NCBI GenBank assembly: GCA_963775855.1
Contig: CAVZKO010000008.1
Coordinates: 116,965-180,964, forward strand
Direction of reading: 5' to 3'
Source: an uncultured Chloroflexia bacterium
Lineage (GTDB): Bacteria; Chloroflexota; Limnocylindria; Limnocylindrales; CSP1-4
Length of the DNA: 64,000 nucleotides
Shown: piece by piece, positions 24,109 to 33,768 of the stretch
Layout of the letters: each line of letters opens with the position of its first letter
How positions within the stretch are numbered: position 1 is the stretch's first letter
The notes under the pieces: generated by a model
What the model saw: only the letters and a program-made list of their open reading frames with translations
Told to the model about the DNA's origin: nothing
Databases searched by the model: none
Made by a program: the position numbers and the translations under genes

Positions 24109-25425
24109 TGCCAGAATTCGAGCCTCAACGACGACTTCGAGCGCCGGCCGTACTGGCACGCGACGATGCCGCCGCTGCCGGACCGGCGCGGACGGGCGCT
24201 CCCGGACGCAGTCGACGTCGTCGTGGTCGGCGGCGGCTACACGGGGATCACAGCGGCACGGGAGCTCGCCCGCCGCGGCGCCTCTGTCACGCTGGTCGAG
24301 GCCGAGACGCTGGGCTTCGGCGGCTCGACCCGCAACGGCGGCATCGTCCATCCCGGCTACAAGTGGGGACCGCGGGAGCTGGTCGAGCGCTACGGCGAGG
24401 AGACCGGCCGCGAGCTGTTCCGCGAGACGCTCGACGCATACGCGCTCGTCAAGCGCGCTCATCGCCGACGAGGCGATCGACTGCGAGTTCCGCGAGTGCG
24501 GCTACCTCGACCTCGCCTATGCGCCATCGCATGCGGACGACCTCGTCACGGCCGCCGAGACCCTCGCCACGTTCGGTGTCGAGGCCACGTTCGTGCCCCG
24601 CGAGCGGCTCCACGAGGAGATCGGGTCGGACGCGTACCACGGCGGGCTCGCCGTCCCGCTGAGCGGGCTCCTCCACCCGGGCAAGTACTTCGGCGGGCTC
24701 GTCGCGGCGGCGGAGCGCGCCGGCGCCGATCTCCACGAAGGCGTCCGGGCTCGGACGATCCGCCGCCAGGCCGACGGGCGGCATGGTCGTCGAGACCGAT
24801 CGCGGCGCGATCCTGGCGAAGGACGTCGTCGTCGGGACGAACGGCTACACGGACGGGCTCGTCCCGTCGCTGCGCCGCCGGATCATCCCGATCGGCAGCT
24901 ACATCATCGCCACGGAGCCGCTGTCGGAGGATCTCGCCGCGCGAGATCTCGCCGAAGGGCCGGGCGTTCTTCGACACGAAGAACTTCCTCTACTACTGGC
25001 ACGTCTCGGCCGACCGCCGGATGATCTTCGGCGGCCGGGCCAGCTTCCTGCCGACGACCGTCGACCGGACGGCGGCGATCCTCCACAAGGGGATGCTCGA
25101 GGTCCACCCCCAGCTCGCCGGGCTGCGCGTCGACTACGCCTGGGGCGGGAACGTCGGGTTCACGTTCGATCGAATGCCCCACGTCGGGCGGATGAACGGC
25201 GTGACCTACGCGATGGGCTGCTGCGGGACGGGCGTCGCGCTCATGACCGCGCTCGGGACCGCGGTCGGCGGCTGGCTGTCGGGCGATCCGGCGCCGGCGC
25301 TGTCGCGCCTGAAGTTCCCGCTCGTGCCGGCGCCGTACGAGGGCCGCCCGTGGTTCCTGCCGTTCGCCGGCGAGTGGTTCCGGCTCCAGGACTGGCTGGC
25401 GGCCCGCTCCAGCCCGTCCCGCTAG
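24109..25425 (+). CDS. FAD-dependent oxidoreductase (DAO family, gamma-glutamylputrescine oxidase-like), frameshifted
   Basis: ERRPYWHATMPPLPD...DVVVVGGGYTGITAARELARRGASVTLVEAETLGFGGSTRNGG (ORF 24166..25425). A middle segment in other frames. The C-terminus VDYAWGGNVGFTFDRMPHVGRMNGVTYAMGCCGTGVALM ends at 25425. Confidence 0.65.
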   Translation, partial: CQNSSLNDDFERRPYWHATMPPLPDRRGRALPDAVDVVVVGGGYTGITAARELARRGASVTLVEAETLGFGGSTRNGGIVHPGYKWGPRELVERYGEETGRELFRETLDAYALVKRAHRRRGDRLRVPRVRLPRPRLCAIACGRPRHGRRDPRHVRCRGHVRAPRAAPRGDRVGRVPRRARRPAERAPPPGQVLRRARRGGGARRRRSPRRRPGSDDPPPGRRAAWSSRPIAARSWRRTSSSGRTATRTGSSRRCAAGSSRSAATSSPRSRCRRISPREISPKGRAFFDTKNFLYYWHVSADRRMIFGGRASFLPTTVDRTAAILHKGMLEVHPQLAGLRVDYAWGGNVGFTFDRMPHVGRMNGVTYAMGCCGTGVALMTALGTAVGGWLSGDPAPALSRLKFPLVPAPYEGRPWFLPFAGEWFRLQDWLAARSSPSR

Positions 25426-25434
25426 ACTCGGCCC

Positions 25435-26267
25435 GTGAGCGACCGAACGCCCAGCGGAGGCGCCTCCGGTCCCGTACCGTCCGTGTTCGAGATCGTCGGC
25501 GGCGAGGATCGCGACGGCGTTCTCGTTCGGGACATCCGGGTGGCGCCTGGTGGCGCGGGTGAGCCGATCGAGGCGTACCTCGTCGAGCCGTCCATCGTGG
25601 ACGCCCGAGTCGCGCGGCCGGCCCTGCTCTTCGCCCACTGGTTCGACACCGAGGCACCGAACGGCAATCGGACCGCAGTTCGTCGACGAGGCCGTCGACT
25701 GGGCACGGCGCCACAACGCGGCGGCCATCCTGCCCCAGCTGACGTTCCCGTGGCAGGGCGATCCGAGCGGCTCGACCGCGGATCGCGAGCGCGTGACGAC
25801 CGAGGTGAACCGGCTTCGGCGCTGCCTCGACGTCGTGACGGGCCGGCCGGCGATCGATCCGGCCCGCGTCGGCGTCGTCGGGCACGACTTCGGCGCGATG
25901 CACGCGACGCTCCTCGCCACGGCCGACCGCCGGCCGACCGCGTACGTGCTGATCGCGGCGGTGCCTCGCTGGGCCGACTGGTTCCTCGCGTTCTGGGCGA
26001 TCGAGGAGGACCGGATCGACTACCTGGCTGCGATGCGACCGCGTCGACCCGATCGAGCACATCGGGCGAGCGGCACCCGCGAAGGTGCTGCTCCAGTTCG
26101 CCCGGGCCGACTTCTTCATCGCCCCGATGACCGGCCTCGAGTTCAAGCGGGCCGCCGGCGAGGCCGCCGAGCTGAAGGCCTACGAGGCCGAGCACGACAT
26201 GGCCGTCCCGGACGCGCTCGCCGATCGAACCGCGTTTCTCGAGGAGGCGCTGGGGCCGACCGCCTAG
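25435..26267 (+). CDS. Alpha/beta hydrolase (dienelactone hydrolase-like), frameshifted
   Basis: ORF 25435..26130 N-terminus plus the 25550 frame (VGVVGHDFGAMHATLLATADRRPTAYVLIAAVP). C-terminus in ORF 26085..26267 (LLQFARADFFIAPMTGLEFKRAAGEAAELKAYEAEHDM). Confidence 0.55.
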
Positions 26268-27918
26268 CCGGCCCCCGCCTCGGCCCTCGCCTCGGCCCCG
26301 GCCGCAAGGCCGCGAAGCGTCGCCAGCAATCGGTCGATGTCGTCTTCCGTCGTCTGGGTGTTGACGATCCCGGCGCGCAGCCAGGTCGCGCCGCGGAGTC
26401 GGGTCGTCGACAGCCAGCCGTCGCCCGATGCCTCGAGGGCAGCCTGGAGGCGATCCTGGTGGGCGTCGAGGTCGCCTGGCGCCAGGCGACGTACCGCGGC
26501 TGCGCCGCCAGGCAGGTGCCGGAAGCAGACGACCGACAGCTCCGGCTCCGCCGGCAGCGCCTCGAGATCGTCGCTCTCCGCGCAGCGCCGGGCGAGGAGC
26601 GCCGCCTGGTCGATGTTCGCCTCGATGAGCCTTGCGAACCCGCTCGTCCCGAGGTGTTTCCAGCTCATCCACAGCTTCAGCGCCCGCCACCGGCGGGTGC
26701 CCTCGAAGCCGAGCTTGTAGAAGTTGAGCTGGCCCGGGACGTCGTGGTCGCCGTCGTTGCCGTGGTCGGCGTCGGCGTCCGGGTGGGCGCCCTCGTCGTT
26801 GCCGATCGGTGCCTCGCCGCCGCGGTAGTACTCGGGTCGGCGCCCGCCGAACGTCCGCTCGAGGAGCGCCCCGTCGCGGACCACCAGCCCGCCGATGTCG
26901 TAGGCCTGGTAGAACCACTTGTGCGGATCGACCGTCACCGAGTCGGCCAGCTCGAGGCCCGGGACTCGGCCCGCGTCGCGGGCGGAGAGCCGGGCGGCCG
27001 CCCCGTAGGCCGCGTCGACGTGGAACCAGAGCCCCTCGCGCCGCGCCACCGTCGGCGAGCTCCTCGATCAGGTCGACCGAGCCCGTGTTCGTCGACCCCG
27101 CCACCGCGGAGATCGCCAGCGGCGTGAGGCCGGCGTCGCGGTCGCGGCGGATCGCGTCGGCGGCTGGTTCAGGGTGGAGCCGGAAGCGGTCGTCGGTCGG
27201 TAGGACGACCAGCGTGTCGGCTGGAAAGCCGAGCTCGTCGAGCGCCCGGCCGATCGAGAAGTGGGTCTGATCGGACGTATAGACCCGGACGCCGTCCAGC
27301 TCGCCGCCCCGTGGCGGCCTCGCCGATCCGCGCAGCCCTGCGAGGTGGACGTCACGAGCCAGCGCCATCGCGAGGAAGTTGGCCATGACGCCGCCGGAGG
27401 TGAGCAGCCCGAAGCTGTCGGGGCCGTAGCCGACGAGGTCGCACAGCCAGCGGATGACCTCCTCCTCGACGAACGTCGCTGACGGACCGGCGTGCCAGAC
27501 GTCGACGCCCTGCTGGGTGACCTGGGCGAGCAGCTCGCCGACGACCGACAGCAGGAGCGGCGGCGGGGTGAAGTAGCTCAGCGAGCGCGGATGATGGGCG
27601 TTGAGCTGATGCGGGGCGAGACGGGTCCGGAACTCGTCGAGGATCGCCGCGGAGGTCGTCGGCTGGTCCGGGGCTGCGGCTGGCCCGCCCGTCGGTCCGA
27701 AGAACGACGCACGCAGCTCGGCGTAGCCGTTGCCTTCGCCCATCGCCCGGACGAACGCGTGGTCGTAGAGGTAGTCCAGGGCGGCCGCCCAGGCCTCGGC
27801 ACCGAGGCGCTCGAGCGCCGGGCGGGCCGCGGGTTCGCCGTAGCCGAGGAGCTCAGGCTCGGGGTGCCAGGCGAACCGATCGGCGGGGGACTGGTCGTCG
27901 GGGGGCATGCCCGGATGG
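26264..27918 (-). CDS. Pyridoxal-dependent decarboxylase, group II (DABA/aromatic-amino-acid decarboxylase family), frameshift near 27050-27070
   Basis: N-terminal part (MPPDDQSP...LSYFTPPPLLLSVVGELLAQVTQQGVDVWHAGPSATFVEEEVIRWLCDLVGYG...YTSDQTHFSIGRAL) sits inside ORF 25422..28427. C-terminal part in ORF 26264..27049 carries the PLP-lysine motif SVTVDPHKWFYQAYDIGGLVVRD. Confidence 0.75.
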
Positions 27919-27991
27919 TACGTGGGGCGGCCCGGCGGGCGCGTCGGCGAGATAGGGACGCGGCTGAGCGCCGTCCCGTAGAGTTGCACGC

Positions 27992-28376
27992 CGTGACCTC
28001 CCCGGGACCGATCCAGTACAAGGGCGAGGAGCTGCAGGCCGATCGCGGCCCGGGCCTCGGTTGCTTCCGCTTCCAGCTCGTCGTACTGGCGATCGCCATC
28101 GTCCTGACGCCGCTCAGCGTCGTCTGGAACTGGCCCGACTGGCTGAGCGCCGCCCTCCTCTTCTTCGTCATCCTTCTGCTGCTCGTCGCCGGCCAGACGA
28201 TCATCTTCCTGCTCCGCCTCGTGGCTGCCGACCGGCGGACGCGGCGACGACCGCTCGGCAGCGCCACGAAGACGGTCGGCGAGATCGAGGACGAAGCGCA
28301 CGATCAGGTGCCGGATGGGGCCCCCGCCGCGGTGTCCGATCCGGACCCGAGCGACGAAGGGCCCGTGCGACAATAG
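27992..28376 (+). CDS. Small membrane protein (2 TM helices, acidic C-terminal tail), hypothetical
   Basis: Inside ORF 27492..28376, from a GTG at about 27992: FRFQLVVLAIAIVLTPLSVVWNWPDWLSAALLFFVILLLLVAGQTIIFLL. The upstream part of that ORF is antisense to the decarboxylase. Confidence 0.4.
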
Positions 28377-28428
28377 GCCGGCGCCGGAATAACCCGGCGC
28401 TCGTCGAAGCGGAGGAGGCGCCCCCAAC

Positions 28429-28755
28429 GTGCCCGTGCTCGCGACCTACTTCTCCGTTCGCCGCGGCCGGGATGCGTTCTTCAAGTTCTACATGAAGACG
28501 CTCTTCGCACGGCAGATGAAGGAGTACGGCGACAAGTACGGGATCCGGTTCCTCGGCTGGTACAACGTGGCCCACGGCTGGGACTTCGACAATGTGATCC
28601 TGCTGGAACTCCCCGATTACGCAACACTGGACAGGCTGGAGGCCGATGAGGGCATCCGGGCGATCGGACACCGCGCCGGCGAGTGGATCTTCCAGCGCCA
28701 CCACTCGATGTTCCTTCGAGAGCGGATGGGTCCGGATCTCGAATTCCACGGATGA
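28429..28755 (+). CDS. Conserved hypothetical cytoplasmic protein (108 aa), intact; translationally coupled to the next gene
   Basis: Complete ORF. GC is lower than the flanks. The stop TGA at 28753-55 overlaps the ATG of the next ORF (ATGA). No family recognised. Confidence 0.5.
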   Translation: MPVLATYFSVRRGRDAFFKFYMKTLFARQMKEYGDKYGIRFLGWYNVAHGWDFDNVILLELPDYATLDRLEADEGIRAIGHRAGEWIFQRHHSMFLRERMGPDLEFHG

Positions 28756-29738
28756 GCGACGGCGAAGACGGAGGCAGAGCGATGGACACGAGCCGCAATG
28801 ACCTGCTCGGTGAGATCGCGGCCGACGCCGCCCTCGAGCGTTCGGACTTCCTCGTCCAGGCGACGGATCAGCTCCGCCGCTTTCTCGAGGCGAACAAGGG
28901 CAGGATCGCGGAGCTCGGCGGCCTGACGCTCATCGACGAGGATCCCGACTACCTTTCGATCGCCCCCGACCTCACGTTCCGAAGCCGGACGCGGTTCGTC
29001 GACGAGCTCAGCGGGGAGTGGACGGCCGAGACCGAGGTCATCGAGTCGGCCGGCGAGCTGGTCGAGCTCTACAACCCGGCCGACATCTACGCGGCGTTTG
29101 CGGAAGCAGCACGCGACGCCGGCGGCCTCGGCGAGGAGCCGACCGCGACGCCCGATCTGCTCGAGGCGGCCGGGATCGGTCTCGACGAGGCGGTCTCGAC
29201 CGGCCCGGATCCCTACGCCGCGGCGGCCGACGACTGGGCCGCGACGCAGCCGATCCCGCTCGACGCCGACGACGACGAAGTCGCCGCGCAGCGCCTCTAC
29301 GACCTCGCGCTGGAGTTCCAGGAGCGGAGCCAGCGCAGCGAATCGCGTCTCCTCGAGCAGTTCGAGGACGCAGCCTCGCTGCTGAGCGGCCGGATCGGCG
29401 ACATGATCATCAACGACGACGATGACGAGCGGCTGACCCTCACCGCGTCCGGGGCATTCAAGGCCGAGGTCCTGACCGAGGAGGAGAACGAGTGGCGGCC
29501 GCTCGCGAGCGCCGACGAGCTCGTCGAGTACTACGACCCGACGGACGTCTTCGGCGACCTGGCCGACGCCCTCGCCGAGGCCTACCCGGCGATTGCCCCC
29601 GAGCTGGCCGGCCCGGCGCCCGACGCGACGAACGGCACAGGCGAGGGAATCCCGGCCGGGGCGATCGCCGAGAGTGATGGCGCCCCCGCCGACGACGGCG
29701 AATCGGCCGACGACGAGGAGGACGCTCCCCGCGCGTGA
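28752..29738 (+). CDS. Acidic hypothetical protein (about 330 aa) with an internal tandem duplication; translationally coupled to pyrK
   Basis: ORF 28683..29738, with likely ATG MSDGEDGG at 28752. Repeat 1: TAETEVIESAGELVELYNPADIYAAFAEAARDAGG. Repeat 2: EWRPLASADELVEYYDPTDVFGDLADALAEAYP. The stop overlaps the pyrK GTG (GTGA) at 29735-38. Confidence 0.5.
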   Translation: MSDGEDGGRAMDTSRNDLLGEIAADAALERSDFLVQATDQLRRFLEANKGRIAELGGLTLIDEDPDYLSIAPDLTFRSRTRFVDELSGEWTAETEVIESAGELVELYNPADIYAAFAEAARDAGGLGEEPTATPDLLEAAGIGLDEAVSTGPDPYAAAADDWAATQPIPLDADDDEVAAQRLYDLALEFQERSQRSESRLLEQFEDAASLLSGRIGDMIINDDDDERLTLTASGAFKAEVLTEEENEWRPLASADELVEYYDPTDVFGDLADALAEAYPAIAPELAGPAPDATNGTGEGIPAGAIAESDGAPADDGESADDEEDAPRA

Positions 29739-30603
29739 CGATGCGCCTCGTCACCTCGGAGCTCGTCGAGAGCCGCGAGATTCTGCCCGGCCAGTGGCTC
29801 CAGTCGTACCACGCCCCGGCGCTCGCGACGGGCTCCCGAGCCGGGCAGTTCGTCCACATCCGGACCGGCGACTACTCGGGGTTCGTGCTCAGGCGTCCGT
29901 TCTCCATCAACACCGCCGACCTCGCGACCGGGGTCATCACGATCCACTTCCGGACGATCGGCCGGGGGACCGAATGGTTCACCCGCCTCCGACCCGGCGA
30001 TCCGATCGACATGCTCGGCCCGCTCGGCCGGCCGTTCGAGGTCGATCCGCGATCGCGGCGCCTCCTGCTGATCGCCGGCGGCCTCGGGATGGCCGGTATC
30101 CGCTCCCTCGCGGACGAGGCGATCCGGGACGGCCGCCAGGTGACCCTCCTCTTCGGTGCCGCGAACGCTCGCGACGTCTATCCGTCGTCGCTGCTGCCCG
30201 ACGAGGTCGAGTACGTCATCGCGACCGACGACGGCTCGGTCGGCAGGCGCGGGTTCGTGACGGAGCTCGTGCCCGAGTACGAGGCCTGGGCCGATCAGGC
30301 GTTTGCCTGCGGGCCGGCCGGCATGCTCGCGGCGCTCGCGCGACAGGCCGCCGGCCGGCGGCAGCGACTCGGTGTAGCGAAACTCGGCCGGAAGCGCGGT
30401 GGCGGCCGCGTCGACGCCGGTCGGGTCGCCCGGCTGCCCGACGGAAGGCGTTCCTCCAGGTCTCGATGGAGCAGAACATGGGCTGCGCGGTCGGGGCGTG
30501 CCTCGGCTGCGTGGTCATGGGAGCATCGGGGACGCCGCAGCGCGTCTGCCGCGAGGGGCCGGTCTTCGCGTCCGACGAGATCAACTGGGAGGCCGGCTGG
30601 TGA
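29735..30603 (+). CDS. pyrK: Dihydroorotate dehydrogenase electron-transfer subunit PyrK, frameshifted near the C-terminus
   Basis: ORF 29735..31654 N-terminus: FAD/NAD-binding fold RPFSINTAD...LIAGGLGMAGIRSLADEA...AFACGPAGMLAALA. The Fe-S C-terminus NMGCAVGACLGCVVMGASGTPQRVCREGPVFASDEINW ends at 30603 in frame 29593..30603. Confidence 0.75.
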
Positions 30604-30671
30604 CCGGTCGCGGGCTCTCTTCCGTCCCGGTCCGCCTGCCGGACCAGGCGCCCGCAATCGGGTACATCAGG

Positions 30672-31654
30672 TGAGGGCAGCCGAGTCCGCCACCGACGTG
30701 GATCTGTCGGTCGATCTCGGGCGGGGTCTCGTCCTCCAGAACCCGATCCTCGTCGCGTCCGGCACGTTCGGCTACGGCGTCGAGTACGGCGACGTCGTCG
30801 AGGTCGATCGCCTCGGGGCGATCTGCTGCAAGGGCACCACGCTCCGGCCGCGGATCGGCAACGTCACGCCGCGCGTCACCGAGACCCCGGCGGGCATGCT
30901 GAACTCGATCGGCCTCCAGAACCCGGGCGTGGACGCCGTCATCGAGAAGTACGCCGGCACGTGGACCGGCTGGCGGACGGCCGTCATCGTCAACGTGGCG
31001 GGCGAATCGGTCGACGACTACGTCGAGGTGGTCCGGCGGCTCGACGGCGTGCCTGGCGTGGCCGGGATCGAGCTCAACATCAGTTGCCCGAATGTCGGCA
31101 AAGGAGGTCTCCAGTTCGCGATCGACGCCGACGCCGCTGCCGCCGTCACGGCCGCCGTCCGCCGCGCGACCGACCTCCCGCTCCTCGTCAAGCTCTCGCC
31201 GAACGTCGCCGACGTCCGGCCGATCGCCCGAGCCATCGAAGCCGCCGGCGCGGACGCCCTGACCGCGATCAACACCCTGTCGGGCATCGCCGTCGCCCCC
31301 TCCCGAGCGAAGCCCCTGCTCGGGAACATCTACGGCGGCCTGTCGGGCCCGGCGATCAAGCCGGTCGCGCTGCGGATCGTCTACGAGGTCAGCCAGGTCG
31401 TCGACATCCCCGTCGTCGCGATCGGCGGCATCACCGAGCTCGCCGACGTCCTCGACTACCTCGCGGTCGGTGCCGCTGCGGTCCAGGTCGGGACCGCGAT
31501 CTTCGCCGACCCGACGCTCCCGGTTCGTCTCGTCGACGAGCTCGAAGCGGAGTGCCGCCGCCGCGGGCTCGACTCGTACGCGCCGCTCATCGGGACCGCG
31601 TTGCCGCGGAAGCCGGGCGCGCCGTCGTCAAAGGGAGTCGAGTACCGACCGTAA
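30672..31654 (+). CDS. pyrD: Dihydroorotate dehydrogenase (class 1B) catalytic subunit PyrD
   Basis: Within ORF 29735..31654 after the pyrK region: LQNPILVASGTFGYGVEYGD...CKGTTLRPRIGNVTPRVTETPAGMLNSIGLQNPGVDAV...IELNISCPNVGKGG...LVKLSPNV...INTLSG...GGLSGPAIKPVALRIVYEV...PVVAIGGI. Confidence 0.85.
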
Positions 31655-31705
31655 CCGTTGGTCCACAGCGGGGCAAACATCCCGGCGCCGCTAGACTTCG
31701 CGGCG

Positions 31706-32382
31706 ATGACGACGATCAAGCCTGCCCTCGAGGCATCGGCGCGCGCCGCGATTGCCGCCCGGACGGAGGCGCTGTTCCGCCGGTCCGGCGCGCTCCGCGA
31801 GGGCCACTTCCTGCTGAAGAGCGGCCGCCACGGCGACGCGTACGTCGAGAAGTTCGCCGTCCTGTCCGATCCCGCGGCAACGAGCGAGCTGTGCGGGTTC
31901 TGGGCCGGCGCGTCACCGCGCCGACGACGGCTCCTCCGCGAGTCGATCTCGTCGCCGGCCCGACGACCGGCGGCGTCATCCTCGCCTTCGAGACCGGCCG
32001 CCAGCTCGGCGTGCGGGCGATCTTCGCGGAGGAGGTCCGCGACGACGACGGGTCGACGCACCGCGAGTTCCGGCGCGGCTTCCGGATCGAGCCCGGCGAG
32101 CGCGTCCTGCTCGTCGACGACATCCTGACGACCGGCGGATCGCTCCTCGCGATGATCCCGGCGGTCGAGGCGATGGGCGGCGAGATCGTCGAATGCGCGG
32201 TCCTCGTCGATCGGAGCGGCGGGCGGCCGACCCTCACCTCGCCGACGACCGGCCGCGTCTACTCCCTCCGGGCCCTCTGGCAGCTCGACCTGCCGACGTA
32301 CGAGCCCGGCCCCGAGACGTGCCCGCTCTGCGCCGACGGGACGCCGCTCCACGCGCCGGGCAGCACCGGCACCGGGGCGTGA
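31706..32382 (+). CDS. pyrE: Orotate phosphoribosyltransferase PyrE, frameshift near 31910
   Basis: ORF 31658..32128 N-terminus (LFRRSGALREGHFLLKSGRHGDAYVEKFAVLSDPAATSEL). The 30961..32382 frame C-terminus (LVAGPTTGGVILAFETGRQLGVRAIFAEE...RVLLVDDILTTGGSLLAMIPAVEAMGGEIVECAVLVDRSGG). Confidence 0.75.
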
Positions 32383-32389
32383 CGCCCTG

Positions 32390-32740
32390 ATGCAGCAACG
32401 CCGCGGCGCGATCGCGGCGCTGGGAATCGCGATCGCCCTCCTGGCCGGAGTCTTCGTCGTCGCCACGACAGCTCATGCGGCCGGCTCCGAAGACGGAGGT
32501 CGGCGTCGTGGTCTTCGTCGATTCGGTCAGCCTGACCGACGTCCGCGCCTTCGCGATCCGGACGCCGACGGGCGGACCGTCGAGTTCCGGATCGGCCAGC
32601 TCGAGAACGGCGCCCAGTTCCCGCCCGGCCATCTCGGCGTGCACCAGGCGGACGCCGTGCCGGTCCGGGTGACGTATCGGGACGAGAACGGCGAGCACGT
32701 CGCGATCCGGCTCGAGGACGCCCCGGCCGCCGTCGCCTAG
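32390..32740 (+). CDS. Small secreted hypothetical protein, probably with one internal frameshift
   Basis: ORF 32390..32740 with a signal peptide (IAALGIAIALLAGVFVVATTAHAAG). The alternative frame 32475..32672 carries VVFVDSVSLTDVRAFAIRTP. Its TAG stop overlaps the stop of the convergent lipoprotein gene within CTAG. Confidence 0.35.
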   Translation: MQQRRGAIAALGIAIALLAGVFVVATTAHAAGSEDGGRRRGLRRFGQPDRRPRLRDPDADGRTVEFRIGQLENGAQFPPGHLGVHQADAVPVRVTYRDENGEHVAIRLEDAPAAVA

Positions 32741-33662
32741 CTGAGGCCCGCGAGCGCCTCGTCGATCTCGCTCGGGCGCGAAGATCAGCTCGAACGACGC
32801 CTTGACGATGCCGTCGCCGCCGACGACGAAGACGAAGGGCTCCGTCAGGAGGCCGTAGGCATCGGTCGCCGGCACGGTCTGGAGCTGCGTTCGCGTCGCT
32901 CAGGACCGGCTGGAGCTGGCCGTCGACGACGCTCGAGCTGGTACGGCTCGACGTTGATGAACGTGACGTCCGGGTGGGCCGTCGCGACCGTCTTGATCTT
33001 GTCGAGCGTCGGGCCGCAGGTCTTGGTCTGACGCAGAACTTCGGCGTCGCGAAGACGAGGACGAACGGCTCGTGCGCGGCGAGCGCGTCGGCCACGGAGG
33101 TCTCGTAGAACGCCGGCACCGGGGTCTCGTCGGTCGAGATCTTCGAGACGTCGCCACCGACATCGGCCAGCGTCGGCGTGTCGACCGACGGCGCCTTCTC
33201 GCCCGGCTCGACGACGCTGGCGTCGTCCTTGACGTCGAAGCTGAACGGGATCGACTCCTCCGGGGAGCCCGGCGCCGACGTCGTGAAGACCGCCGTCCAC
33301 GGCACCGGCGACCGGGAAGTCGGCATGGGTGACGTACACGCCGCTTACGCCTTCGATCGCCCAGACGAACTCGGCCGCGGGCGCCGCGACCGACTCGCCG
33401 CCGGGGCCCTTGAACTGGACCGTCGCCGTTCGATCCGGCGACCCGACCGGCTTCGTGCCGCTCGCGTCGAGGAACGAGAAGACGAAACGGTTCGGCCCCT
33501 TGACGAGCTCGCTGGAGATGATCTGGGGGAGCACGCCGCCGCGGCCTCGCTCGCGGGCGCGCTCGCCGGCGACGTCGGCGTGGGAGTCGCGGGTCCACAG
33601 GCCGCGAGCGAGCGAGGAGGACGGCGGCCAGCGGGCCGGCCCATCGGGTTCGGGGATGTCAT
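32737..33662 (-). CDS. Lipoprotein of unknown function with a C-terminal CxxxxC element, split over 3 frames
   Basis: Start MTSPNPMGRPAGRRPPRSLAACGP (lipobox). Pieces in ORFs 32845..33534, 32259..33326 and 32900..33598. C-terminal element PFVLVFATPKFCQTKTCGPTLDKIKTVATAHPDVTFINVEPYQL recovered by hand. Confidence 0.45.
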
Positions 33663-33768
33663 GGCCGATAGGGTAGCGGTCAATGGCGCAGAGGGCGCTC
33701 GCGCTAGAATGGCCGGACCGTCGGACCCCCGAACCGCGTCGCCCGCCGGGCGACCTCCTGGGAGAGCT

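Noticed and set aside
25422-28427. 1001-aa minus-strand ORF
   Set aside because: It is a chimera. Only residues from MPPDDQSP onward (start about 27918) match the PLP decarboxylase. The upstream part is antisense to a plus-strand membrane-protein gene. The true decarboxylase C-terminus is in ORF 26264..27049.
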